Assembly (NCBI GenBank): GCA_016432365.1
Contig: CP066686.1
Location: 691,992 to 755,991 of the forward strand
Origin: Candidatus Woesebacteria bacterium
GTDB taxonomy: Bacteria > Patescibacteriota > Microgenomatia > UBA8517
DNA: 64,000 bases
Direction: 5' to 3'
Shown one piece after another: positions 1 to 8,396 of this stretch. The translations under genes were made by a program, and so were the position numbers. Positions within the stretch are counted from its first letter, which is position 1. Every line of letters starts with the position of its first letter. The notes beneath the pieces were generated by a model that saw only the letters and a program-made list of their open reading frames with translations, did no database searches and was not told the DNA's origin.

Positions 1-1187
1 ATCTTTAACTCCAACAGGTTGTCTATTTGTCTGCATACAGCTTTATACTGTCTTTCTAATGAAACGAATTGGGATTTCTCAAGCTCCTTACGACTGATAT
101 TAGCCATGTTTATCCATTTAACAGCCCAATCAACGAACTCTTTGGAGATTTTAATATTGTTAAGATAATCTGATACCTGTTTTTCAAGTTTATCGTCGCT
201 TATATAACCTTGCTTACATTCTTTATCGCCTTTCTTTGTGCAGCGATAATATGTAAAGATTTGGGAATTTCCGTTCTTATAATGCTTAGTGTGCGTCTCG
301 GCCGTGATCATGCTTCCACATCCTCCGCATCTAATAAGACCAGTAAGAGGAAAGTTGTGAACTTCCTTACGGGGTCTGGACTTGTCGGACATAATTTCCT
401 GAATAAGGTCATATTCCTTCTGAGTAAGCATGGGAACATGTTTCCCTTTATGAATTTTTCCGTTATATAAGAAGCTACCTGTGTAGAAAGGATTCCGGAG
501 TATGTCTGCCATCTGAGATTTGCTAATGTGCTTACCACCCCGGTTGTTTGTAATACCCATTTCTTTGGCTTTAATGGAAAGACTTTCAAGGCTAAAGTTG
601 CCTGTCATTGCAATTTCAAATAACCTTCTCATAAGCGGAAAATTGATTGGGTCTGGAATAATGTCTCTTTCGCCCTGCCTTTTGGCTGTGTCGTTTACAT
701 AACCAACAGGTGCAAGTATTGGGGCAAGACCTTTCTCAATCTTTGAATTAAGACCTCTTAGAGTGTCTTTCTTAAGTTTCATAATAAATTCATTGGCAAA
801 TCCTCCGTCTATAGACATCAAAAGGGCTGAATCCTCAATCCTATAAATTCTGGATGATGTTACGATTTCCTGAATTTTACCTTCCTGTAAGAGCCATTGA
901 AGAGCTCCGGTGTCAACAGGATTTCTAGTTAATCTATTTAATTCCCAAGCGATTATGCCTTTTATATCAACCCGTCCATTGATCAAGCTAATCATCTCGT
1001 TAAAACTCTCTCTTCCCGGCTCCTTTGCACTTTTACTTTCCGAGAATGTTCTATAAATCTTCAAACCCAATCTCATTGCTTTTAGCCGATTTTCCCTTAC
1101 TTGGTCATCAATGCTCTGTATTTGCCTATCCTCCCCTTCGCTGGATTTACGACAATACATGATGTATTTTCCTGTATTAATATTCAT
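1..1187 (-). CDS. Large serine recombinase (resolvase/invertase catalytic domain + recombinase domain + zinc-ribbon); 3' end lies beyond window start
   Basis: My manual translation of the minus strand from ATG(1185-1187, or 1158-1160) gives MNINTGKYIMYCRKSSEGEDRQ...GIIAWELNRLTRN...GLIRCGGCG...YYRC with no stop down to nt 1. The YxRxSS catalytic serine motif and the Cys-rich zinc ribbon are typical of large serine recombinases. The ORF track does not list it because it is open at the window edge. Confidence 0.8.
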   Translation of the reverse strand, partial: MNINTGKYIMYCRKSSEGEDRQIQSIDDQVRENRLKAMRLGLKIYRTFSESKSAKEPGRESFNEMISLINGRVDIKGIIAWELNRLTRNPVDTGALQWLLQEGKIQEIVTSSRIYRIEDSALLMSIDGGFANEFIMKLKKDTLRGLNSKIEKGLAPILAPVGYVNDTAKRQGERDIIPDPINFPLMRRLFEIAMTGNFSLESLSIKAKEMGITNNRGGKHISKSQMADILRNPFYTGSFLYNGKIHKGKHVPMLTQKEYDLIQEIMSDKSRPRKEVHNFPLTGLIRCGGCGSMITAETHTKHYKNGNSQIFTYYRCTKKGDKECKQGYISDDKLEKQVSDYLNNIKISKEFVDWAVKWINMANISRKELEKSQFVSLERQYKAVCRQIDNLLELK

Positions 1188-1369
1188 GCCATATTAGTAA
1201 TACTTCCATTTAAGCTCAAAATAACTCTTTTACAAGTTTCTCCGGGTTCTTGGCGAATAAAACTAAAAATAGGTGCATTAGGGAAACTGCTCTTTCAGTT
1301 GCCACCTTATCACTTAAATGCTTCCCGTATTTACTAAGGAAGATATCTTTCAGTTCTTTAACAGCCATT

Positions 1370-1567
1370 TTATTGATTATTGCCATTTTGGTCTCCTTTC
1401 ACTGCCAGAACCTCAGCTAGAACCTCTTCCAGAAGCCCCTTAATGGATTGTTTGGCCGCCTTCGCCCGTTTCTTGAGTAGTTGGTGCAGTCCGGCATCTA
1501 TAAGCACCTGTTTTGTCGTTTTAGTATCTATTTTAGCTTCAGATGGTGTATTTCTCGGTTTAAACAT
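1370..1567 (-). CDS. Ribbon-helix-helix (CopG/ParD-like) DNA-binding protein
   Basis: 65 aa. The segment TKQVLIDAGLHQLLKKRAKAAKQSIKGLLEEVLAEVLA fits the RHH beta-alpha-alpha pattern. It lies immediately upstream of the recombinase on the same strand. Confidence 0.5.
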   Translation of the reverse strand: MFKPRNTPSEAKIDTKTTKQVLIDAGLHQLLKKRAKAAKQSIKGLLEEVLAEVLAVKGDQNGNNQ

Positions 1568-1694
1568 GACTTAGAAATTAACCTTTGAACTATGTAATAT
1601 AGGTAATCTACTTTTGGAAACCTTCGGATTATTAGTGTCTATGTAATCTATATAGCTAGTCATATATGTTTTATTTCTTATAAGGGTGAACATA

Positions 1695-2042
1695 TTAGAA
1701 TGGGATATCTATTTCCTCTTCCTTAATTTCCTCTTCCGGCAATTCGTTAGCTGACTCTTTGATGAGATAGTCCTGATACTGTCTGAGAATTTCGGCGTGA
1801 ATTTTCTGCCAATCACTTTTATCATCGGTGCGGAATAGTTGTCGGAAACCGAACTTTGTAGGATAACTCGGAGGAGTCACAAAATCTTTGCCTGAATTAT
1901 CTGTTAATATTTTGAAGCCTTTTAACCAGAAGTTATTAAAATGAATGTCAGCCCTCATCTTTACCTTGGTGTTTGACGACTTTATTGGAACAAAGCGTAT
2001 TTCTTTTATTTCAAGAGTTATTTCCATAATTATTTCCTCCAT
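1695..2042 (-). CDS. SpoVG-like protein
   Basis: MEITLEIKEIRFVPIKSS..KMRADIHFNNFWLKGFKILTDNSGKDFVTPPS...ILRQY parallels SpoVG ([49 protein letters not shown]...VLNEY). The real start is probably the internal Met (MEITLE). Confidence 0.5.
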   Translation of the reverse strand: MEEIIMEITLEIKEIRFVPIKSSNTKVKMRADIHFNNFWLKGFKILTDNSGKDFVTPPSYPTKFGFRQLFRTDDKSDWQKIHAEILRQYQDYLIKESANELPEEEIKEEEIDIPF

Positions 2043-2280
2043 CTTTCATTTCAAAAACACGATCCTTGAATGTGTCTACTGCGTCTAACAAATCTTTTGG
2101 CTGGACAAGGGGGGCCTTACGACTTGAGAATTGATTAACCAATTCATCACACTCCCGTTTAGGAGAAAAACGAAAGAACATAATTGAACCGGATTTTCTA
2201 ACTCCGAGGAAAGTTACTGACTCTTGCGTAAGCAGGAAGGGCACTATTTTGCGGTCTTTGCTCTCATAGACATCTTTCAT
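2011..2280 (-). CDS. Hypothetical protein
   Basis: 89-aa ORF in the minus-strand phage-like gene string. It overlaps the downstream ORF by 32 nt. Confidence 0.4.
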   Translation of the reverse strand: MKDVYESKDRKIVPFLLTQESVTFLGVRKSGSIMFFRFSPKRECDELVNQFSSRKAPLVQPKDLLDAVDTFKDRVFEMKDGGNNYGNNS

Positions 2281-2357
2281 AGTTTTACTAATCTGTTTAA
2301 ATCTTAAAACTAGGAAGCTTCAGCAAACTTCAGTGAAACATTGGTGAAAATACGAAG

Positions 2358-2891
2358 CTAATTTTGATAGTCGGTGTTCAGGGTGACTGTTTTTGTTGTT
2401 ACACTTATAAAACCGGTATTTGAAGATTTATCTTTAACTAGCTTGTTGATTGCTCTTGCTGCGTTGTAGACTTCACGCCAGCCCTTTATGTTATCTATAT
2501 TATCTAGTTCCTCCCCCTGAAATTCAAATATCTCATCCCAACTCCAAGTTTTCTTGCCTTGCCGGGCGAGTTTCTTTTCCTTAGTCTCAAGATCTTTAAG
2601 AATATTGTCATATTTCAAAAACAACACTTTACATAGGCGATGTTGATTGCTATCTGGCGGAATTTCTATATAACTATTGAACACATTTAGGCTGTGTTTT
2701 ATCTCGTCGTAAATATCTGTTGAGAAAGTATATTTACTGATTGGTTTAAGGAATGGTGACTTTATCTTTATATCTACTGCACCGGGTAAATTAAAGTCGG
2801 GTTTTCCGTATAATTCCGGTTCCTTCCCTTGTTTACGAAGCTCTTCATTATAGGCAAGATAGGCTAAATAGTCGTTGGTATTCATACTCAT
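2358..2891 (-). CDS. Hypothetical protein
   Basis: 177-aa ORF with no recognisable motif. It sits in the phage-like module. Confidence 0.5.
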   Translation of the reverse strand: MSMNTNDYLAYLAYNEELRKQGKEPELYGKPDFNLPGAVDIKIKSPFLKPISKYTFSTDIYDEIKHSLNVFNSYIEIPPDSNQHRLCKVLFLKYDNILKDLETKEKKLARQGKKTWSWDEIFEFQGEELDNIDNIKGWREVYNAARAINKLVKDKSSNTGFISVTTKTVTLNTDYQN

Positions 2892-2993
2892 AGTTCATTT
2901 TCAATACTTTAGGCATTTTAACTTATTCAACGGGAAATAAGTTAATGTGTCACGAGATCTATGTTCGTGCCCAGACTTGGCTAACACCTAAAC

Positions 2994-3452
2994 TTAAAGA
3001 GCCTGCTTTCTCAAGAATTCCTTAAGTTTGTTATTAAATTTTGATCGTTCCACCTCACCAACTTTAAAGAAATTAAATTGCCTATTATTAACCAATACTT
3101 CTGGTGGTTTTGTAACGCCTACAATTTCATTTAGCATCTTAACAAATATCGCCCTAGCCGACCAATCTGGATGTACTATGGCGTCCTTGCCGAACAGTTT
3201 GGTTGCTTCTAAGCCGTTGAGAGTAGTGTCAGCTAATTTATCCGCCAGATGCAATTTATATTTACATAAACTCAATTTATCAAGTTTCTGAAGATAAGCT
3301 TTAGCACCTGAAGTCCCAACGAGGTTTTGCTTCGGATTTAATGCTGTTACTCGTGAATAACCGGCCTCTCTCATAGCAACCCCGGCCGACTTACCTTCAA
3401 TGATTCCGTTAATCGCTGCAACCTGTTTATTTGTGGGCTTGACCTTGTTCAT
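2994..3452 (-). CDS. Terminase small subunit-like / HTH DNA-binding protein (phage-type)
   Basis: The N-terminus KPTNKQVAAINGIIEGKSAGVAMREAGYSRVTALNPKQNLVGTSGAKAYLQKL matches the TerS N-terminal HTH pattern (T.KQ..F...I.G.S...A...AGYS...A...). Confidence 0.4.
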   Translation of the reverse strand: MNKVKPTNKQVAAINGIIEGKSAGVAMREAGYSRVTALNPKQNLVGTSGAKAYLQKLDKLSLCKYKLHLADKLADTTLNGLEATKLFGKDAIVHPDWSARAIFVKMLNEIVGVTKPPEVLVNNRQFNFFKVGEVERSKFNNKLKEFLRKQAL

Positions 3453-3495
3453 ATACCAATTATACCAATTGGTATATTAACTAATTTAGTAGAAA

Positions 3496-3702
3496 TCATA
3501 ACAAACGAAGAATAGGTTCAATAATGACCCACTTCCAGCCAAACCAAACTCCAAAGAATCCGCCAACAACAAACCCCAAGATAGTGACTGCAGCTGCAAT
3601 CGCCACAGGGATCATTAGTGCATAAAAAAAATACTTAATAACCTCGCCGACAAAGTTATAAAGTCTTGGATTGTATTTAAATAACTTATTTTGAAATCCC
3701 AT
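3496..3702 (-). CDS. Small membrane protein (two predicted TM helices; holin-like size)
   Basis: 68 aa with hydrophobic stretches LMIPVAIAAAVTILGFVVGGFFGVWFGW. Confidence 0.4.
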   Translation of the reverse strand: MGFQNKLFKYNPRLYNFVGEVIKYFFYALMIPVAIAAAVTILGFVVGGFFGVWFGWKWVIIEPILRLL

Positions 3703-3783
3703 AAATAATTACTCACACCTTAAGGCCAATATCTGGAATATATTTCCTGTTCATTCTGGCATATATTCCATAAGCTTTCAAAT

Positions 3784-3990
3784 ATGGGAACAATTTATGG
3801 AAAACTTGGAGTGAATATAAAGAAGACAAGAAGAAAAATAGGCATATCTCAGGAAGAACTTGCTGAGAAAGCTAAGATTGATCCGAAATCAATTGTCCAG
3901 ATAGAAGCCGGTAAACGAAATCCTACTCTAAAAACAATCAGAAAGATTGCTTCCTCTTTGAAAATAAAGTTGGGTGATCTGCTAGATTAG
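3784..3990 (+). CDS. XRE-family helix-turn-helix transcriptional regulator
   Basis: ISQEELAEKAKIDPKSIVQIEAGKRNPTLKTIRKIASSL is a classic XRE HTH. Confidence 0.75.
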   Translation: MGTIYGKLGVNIKKTRRKIGISQEELAEKAKIDPKSIVQIEAGKRNPTLKTIRKIASSLKIKLGDLLD

Positions 3991-5258
3991 TTATAGAACC
4001 AGTCCCATTCGGGATTATCAACTTCAACTATCTTGCTTTTGAGCATTTTAAATACACCATCCTCCTTAATTGTCTTCCAAGTTCCTTCGTAATAATGCAT
4101 TTCAGCTTCACCATCTACCCAATTCTTTGTAGAGAATTTTACTAAAACTGTATCGTTTGAGTTGTCGTATTTTTCCGATTTGAAAATATCTACATCCAGA
4201 ATATCTTTAAATCTGCTTGTCCATTCCTCATAATTGGTTTTAAGAAGATATTCTTTACTGAGTAGGCTGAATCCATCCTTCATTCGCCTTGCTTTTAAGT
4301 ATGTATAAAACGCCTTTACCGCCTCTTCAGGAGATATTGATGGATCTACTTCAATCTTGGTGATTCCTTGGTCAGAAAAGCTAGGGATTAGCGACTTGGC
4401 ATCAGAACCTGTAATAAACAATGACAATCCGGCAAGACTTAATGTGTTGATTCCCACAACTTTGCCACATTGATCCGCTATTGCACCGCCACTCATTCCT
4501 TGAACGAGACTTATATTCGTTTGAATATACCCTACAGGTGAGGTTTTAGGTTTTCTAAAGTCCACGAAATTTCCTCTTAAAACTGTTGCCTTTCCACTTA
4601 AATCAGTCCCCAAAGGGTATCCGGCAGCGACTAGGGGTTCTTCAGTATAAAATCCAATTTGATCAGGAAGGGGTAAAACAAGGTTAGTGTATTTGCTTTC
4701 AGTAAACAACAAGGCTAGATCTGCATCCTTATTACCAATAATCTTAGTGGGAGTTAAGAATTTACCGTCGGGAAGAATTATTTTAGGGCTTGGTTCATCA
4801 GCTATAACATGGAAGTTAGTAATAATTTGGTTATCCGCAATAAAGAAGCCTGATCCCTCAGAATAACCACCGACAACTCTTACGACGGAGTTCTGAAGCT
4901 TGTCATGAATTCCGATTGAACACATAAATTTTCCCCACCAACCATATTGCTTAGTCAGATAGTCTCCAATAACGAACAAGGAAGCAACAAGATATAGACC
5001 AACAGCAGCGATGAAAATAGATTTAAGGAAATTCTTAAGACTTTTGAAAGGAAATTTTATACAATCCCAAATCAAGCCTAATATTGCAAACAAAAGTTTG
5101 ACTAAGAATTTAATTAAATAATAGGTTGAATATGTGACTAATTTAATTGGAAATAAATAGATTGGAAAAACAAGCCTTTTAAAGTAAGCCTTAGCCCTAA
5201 GAATGAGATTTTTAAATACAGATGTTATTTTATTTGAAGCTCTTGCAAAAATATCCAT
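3987..5258 (-). CDS. Membrane-anchored trypsin-like (S1C/HtrA-like) serine protease with C-terminal NTF2/SnoaL-like domain
   Basis: N-terminal TM helices. His (ITNFHVIAD), Asp (DLALL) and Ser (GMSGGAI) triad motifs follow in S1 order. The C-terminal ~130 aa is a separate domain. Confidence 0.7.
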   Translation of the reverse strand: MDIFARASNKITSVFKNLILRAKAYFKRLVFPIYLFPIKLVTYSTYYLIKFLVKLLFAILGLIWDCIKFPFKSLKNFLKSIFIAAVGLYLVASLFVIGDYLTKQYGWWGKFMCSIGIHDKLQNSVVRVVGGYSEGSGFFIADNQIITNFHVIADEPSPKIILPDGKFLTPTKIIGNKDADLALLFTESKYTNLVLPLPDQIGFYTEEPLVAAGYPLGTDLSGKATVLRGNFVDFRKPKTSPVGYIQTNISLVQGMSGGAIADQCGKVVGINTLSLAGLSLFITGSDAKSLIPSFSDQGITKIEVDPSISPEEAVKAFYTYLKARRMKDGFSLLSKEYLLKTNYEEWTSRFKDILDVDIFKSEKYDNSNDTVLVKFSTKNWVDGEAEMHYYEGTWKTIKEDGVFKMLKSKIVEVDNPEWDWFYN

Positions 5259-5390
5259 ATAGATAAACCTGAATATTGCCTGTGAAAATTATACTACTTT
5301 ACTTTAGACCGTTTCGTATTATATTCAAGTTGAAGCTCTTTAAATAGCTGGCGAGGATAACCTTCCGGCCTAATTTGAGTGTTAGTCTAG

Positions 5391-5447
5391 CTCAGCCTCC
5401 TTCGCAAGGGCAAATAATTTGTCTTTGCGTGGGGGAAGCTGCAGCTA
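5391..5447 (+). promoter_or_regulatory. Structured 5' leader (nested hairpins) upstream of DUF1508 gene
   Basis: Outer stem ctagctcagc / gctgcagctag encloses a ~12-bp hairpin gcaagggcaaat-a-atttgtctttgc. A strong SD (aaaggaggg) follows at 5463-5471. Confidence 0.3.
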
Positions 5448-5477
5448 GCTTCTCACATTAGAAAGGAGGGTAAAAGT

Positions 5478-5654
5478 ATGGTCAGATATGAGATTCATTT
5501 GAATCGTGCTGGCGAATACTGGTGGCAACTTGTCGCCGCAAACAATCAAATTGTTTGTTGGAGTGAGGGTTATGTAACCAAGCAAGCTGCAATTGACTCA
5601 ATTAATTGGGTCAAACGCTGGGGTTCTTCAGTTCCCATTCAAGATCTAACCTAA
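5478..5654 (+). CDS. DUF1508 (YegP-like) domain protein
   Basis: 58-aa ORF found by manual translation (MVRYEIHLNRAGEYWWQLVAANNQIVCWSEGYVTKQAAIDSINWVKRWGSSVPIQDLT). It matches the YegP/DUF1508 pattern (FEI..d.aGe.RfrL.A.NGe.i..SEgY.sK..a..gi.sV). Perfect SD 7 nt upstream. Below the ORF-track length cutoff. Confidence 0.65.
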   Translation: MVRYEIHLNRAGEYWWQLVAANNQIVCWSEGYVTKQAAIDSINWVKRWGSSVPIQDLT

Positions 5655-5776
5655 AGTTAGATCAAACCTCGTCAGCTCTTTGAAGAGCTTAAAGTTACAT
5701 TTAGTATTAACTAATAGTTTTTAAAAGTAAATATTAAAAGATGTTAGAATAAGACTGAGGTCTTTTTCTTTTAAAT

Positions 5777-6727
5777 ATGGATAAATATAAAATTTTCTAC
5801 GATGCTTTCCAAGAAGCCAAATGGTTTCAAGATCTTAATAAAGAATTCGCTGAAGCAGAACTCCTCCCAATTAATCAAGCAAAGGAACCTGAAGTTTTAC
5901 GACTTCTTAGATATGATAAGCCAGACATAATTTTATTAAAGAATGATAAAGCTGTTTTAGCATTAGAAAAGACTACAGAGGTTCCTACCGGACACAATGT
6001 CGGACAAAGGTTTGCTCGCATAGTCTGTTCTGCTGAAGAGAAGGTCCCGTTTATATATTTCTTCCCTTTCTTAGCCATGAAACACGGAACTTATGCATCT
6101 GCCTGTTGGGTCAATGCCAGATTACTAGAAGCAATGCAGAAACTAAGTAAGATTCATTCCGTTCCAATAATGGCTATTAATTGGGAGTGTGATAAAGAAT
6201 ACGAGTTGATTAGAGATGGGTCACAAGATTTGTTTCTTAAGGCCGTTGTAGATGATTTTATTAAACATGATTATAAGGGGGACATTCCAATTCTAGAGAA
6301 GGTTCATGAAGTAATGAAGACGAAATTTGATGAGGCTTTGACAAGACATCCTCAGTATTCAGACTTACCACCAACCGCAAGAGAGGTTATAACAAAAGAG
6401 TATTTGGAAAGTCTTTCAGCAAAATACAAAGGGAAAGACTTTAGTAAGTTATTAACCAGAGAGAAATCAATTGTATACGACATAGGAATGAAATATGTGA
6501 GATCTGATCCATATACTGGCACTCAACTAATTTATGATTATCTTTTAGCCCGTCAGGGTGCAACTCCGAAGGAGCGAAGTATGAATATACTTCTAAGGAT
6601 GCCTGATATATCCAAAGCATTGTGGGACAAAGCTTCTACAAACAAAAACAGAAAAGATATTAAGCTTTATACAAAATTTGCAGATTTAATTGAACTATCT
6701 GACGACGCCATTATTATTTATGAGTGA
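5777..6727 (+). CDS. Hypothetical protein; candidate restriction endonuclease subunit (PD-(D/E)xK-like)
   Basis: RYDKPDIILLKNDKAVLALEKTTE resembles a PD...D/E.K nuclease core. It is convergent with two DNA MTases. Confidence 0.35.
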   Translation: MDKYKIFYDAFQEAKWFQDLNKEFAEAELLPINQAKEPEVLRLLRYDKPDIILLKNDKAVLALEKTTEVPTGHNVGQRFARIVCSAEEKVPFIYFFPFLAMKHGTYASACWVNARLLEAMQKLSKIHSVPIMAINWECDKEYELIRDGSQDLFLKAVVDDFIKHDYKGDIPILEKVHEVMKTKFDEALTRHPQYSDLPPTAREVITKEYLESLSAKYKGKDFSKLLTREKSIVYDIGMKYVRSDPYTGTQLIYDYLLARQGATPKERSMNILLRMPDISKALWDKASTNKNRKDIKLYTKFADLIELSDDAIIIYE

Positions 6728-7187
6728 GGGTAAAATATATTATTTTCTTAAGAATTACCTATTAAGCAAGGGCTTAACGCTTATTGCAGGTGAACCTCCC
6801 GATGGTTCAGATAATGTTCGTCGTGTGGAAATAAGAAGTAAAAATAGATCCGGAATAGGTAGTAAGGATTCTTACAAGATAGATTTAATATTTCTAAAGG
6901 ACGACAATTTAATACTGATTGAGCTTAAGCCCACATATAATCAGAAAGATATTGATAAGTTAAATACTATTACCACCGAGCGTTTAGATGATCTATTTGA
7001 TGCCTTGAAAGAACGATGCGGAATCACTAAAAGCGAGATTAAAAACATTGTGAAGTGTATTGGTGTTGGAAGTCTGAATAGTCACAATATTCCGTCGGAC
7101 TTTATTGGTTTTGTAGTGAAAGACGAGGGTTTAGTGGATATCCAATATGGAAGCAAAACAGGTAATTTAGCTTTTCTGGAAAATTAA
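6690..7187 (+). CDS. Hypothetical protein; candidate PD-(D/E)xK nuclease subunit
   Basis: KIDLIFLKDDNLILIELKP gives D-x12-E-L-K. It overlaps the upstream ORF by 38 nt in another frame. Confidence 0.4.
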   Translation: MNYLTTPLLFMSEGKIYYFLKNYLLSKGLTLIAGEPPDGSDNVRRVEIRSKNRSGIGSKDSYKIDLIFLKDDNLILIELKPTYNQKDIDKLNTITTERLDDLFDALKERCGITKSEIKNIVKCIGVGSLNSHNIPSDFIGFVVKDEGLVDIQYGSKTGNLAFLEN

Positions 7188-8396
7188 AATATACTCTTCT
7201 TTCATCTTGCCCATTGTAGTTCTGTGACTACCTCTGGTTACTGTATAGAAATGCTTAAACCCAACCTCATTGGCCATTTGTAAGAATTCGCCGGATAACT
7301 CAATTATTTTACCTTGAACGGTGGGGTGCCCGATTACAATACAACAATATCGTTGATCTTTTAAAACCCTATACATTTCTTGAAATATTAGCTTCATTGA
7401 TTCCATAAAACGGCTTACAACATTCTTATTTCCCCTTTGTCCACCAATTATTTCCTTATCTAAAATTCTAGGATTTAGATACTCTTTGCAATTATCATTA
7501 AAAACATCAGAAAAGCACTCCTTAAGCCAATTTAAAGAAAGCTTTTGATATTCTGCGTATGGAACAGCGGAAATATAAGGTGGATGTGTCACTATCAAAT
7601 CAACAGAATTATTTTTGACGAAGCTCAAATCCCTTGAATCGGAGCAATAGATTTTTGATGAGACTTTCTCAACATGTTTATTAAAAGATTTCATTCCTTC
7701 AACCATTGTTAAAATTTGACGCTCAAAACTTTCCAAAGTGTCTTTGACCAATCGTTTATTTTTGTTAATCATTAAATTGCCATATCCACTATGGGCATTA
7801 GACACTCCCCTCAATGTTGCTGAGAAAGCACAAACAAAGAATTGCTTTAATTCAACAGATTTTATGTTGTTAATCGCATCTTTAATAATTGATAACTCCC
7901 TTAATACCTGCGGTTGAAACCACCTTTCTATGTTTGGAAAGCTGGGTGCATCAGCTTTAATTTTCTTTGCCTTATGAGCGAATAAGGTTTGGCTAGGATT
8001 TTCAAACTCTCTATTTTCTGCGACTTTATTTCTTATATCACTCAAGATATTAGCTACATCTGTATCTAGAACCTCGTCTTTTATTGATGTGGTCTTTACT
8101 TTTGTAATTAGGTAGGCTAATGGATTCAAATCATTTCCTATTGAATTTCTACCTAATAGTTCAGCTTCAACACAAGTTGTGCCACTACCTACAAATACAT
8201 CCAAAACCAATTCTCCTTTCTTAGAATAAATTTCAATTAAGTTTCTCGCTATCTGGGGAATAAACTTAGATGAATATCTGTGAAAGTCGTGAGTATCGTA
8301 TCTTGTATCGTCGGTTAAGAATTCCCAATCAACATTCTTGGTCTTTTCAACTAATAAATTATTCATGATTTGAGGTAAGAATATTGTTCTTAGCAA
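7167..8396 (-). CDS. DNA methyltransferase, amino-MTase alpha-class (motif I then motif IV)
   Basis: Motif I VLDVFVGSGTTCVEA lies near the N-terminus. Motif IV DLIVTHPPY lies near residue 275. Confidence 0.75.
   Translation of the reverse strand: MLRTIFLPQIMNNLLVEKTKNVDWEFLTDDTRYDTHDFHRYSSKFIPQIARNLIEIYSKKGELVLDVFVGSGTTCVEAELLGRNSIGNDLNPLAYLITKVKTTSIKDEVLDTDVANILSDIRNKVAENREFENPSQTLFAHKAKKIKADAPSFPNIERWFQPQVLRELSIIKDAINNIKSVELKQFFVCAFSATLRGVSNAHSGYGNLMINKNKRLVKDTLESFERQILTMVEGMKSFNKHVEKVSSKIYCSDSRDLSFVKNNSVDLIVTHPPYISAVPYAEYQKLSLNWLKECFSDVFNDNCKEYLNPRILDKEIIGGQRGNKNVVSRFMESMKLIFQEMYRVLKDQRYCCIVIGHPTVQGKIIELSGEFLQMANEVGFKHFYTVTRGSHRTTMGKMKEEYILIFQKS

Noticed and set aside
1380-1574. 64-aa plus-strand ORF
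   Set aside because: It is antisense to the better-supported RHH gene and its sequence is Ser-rich and low-complexity.
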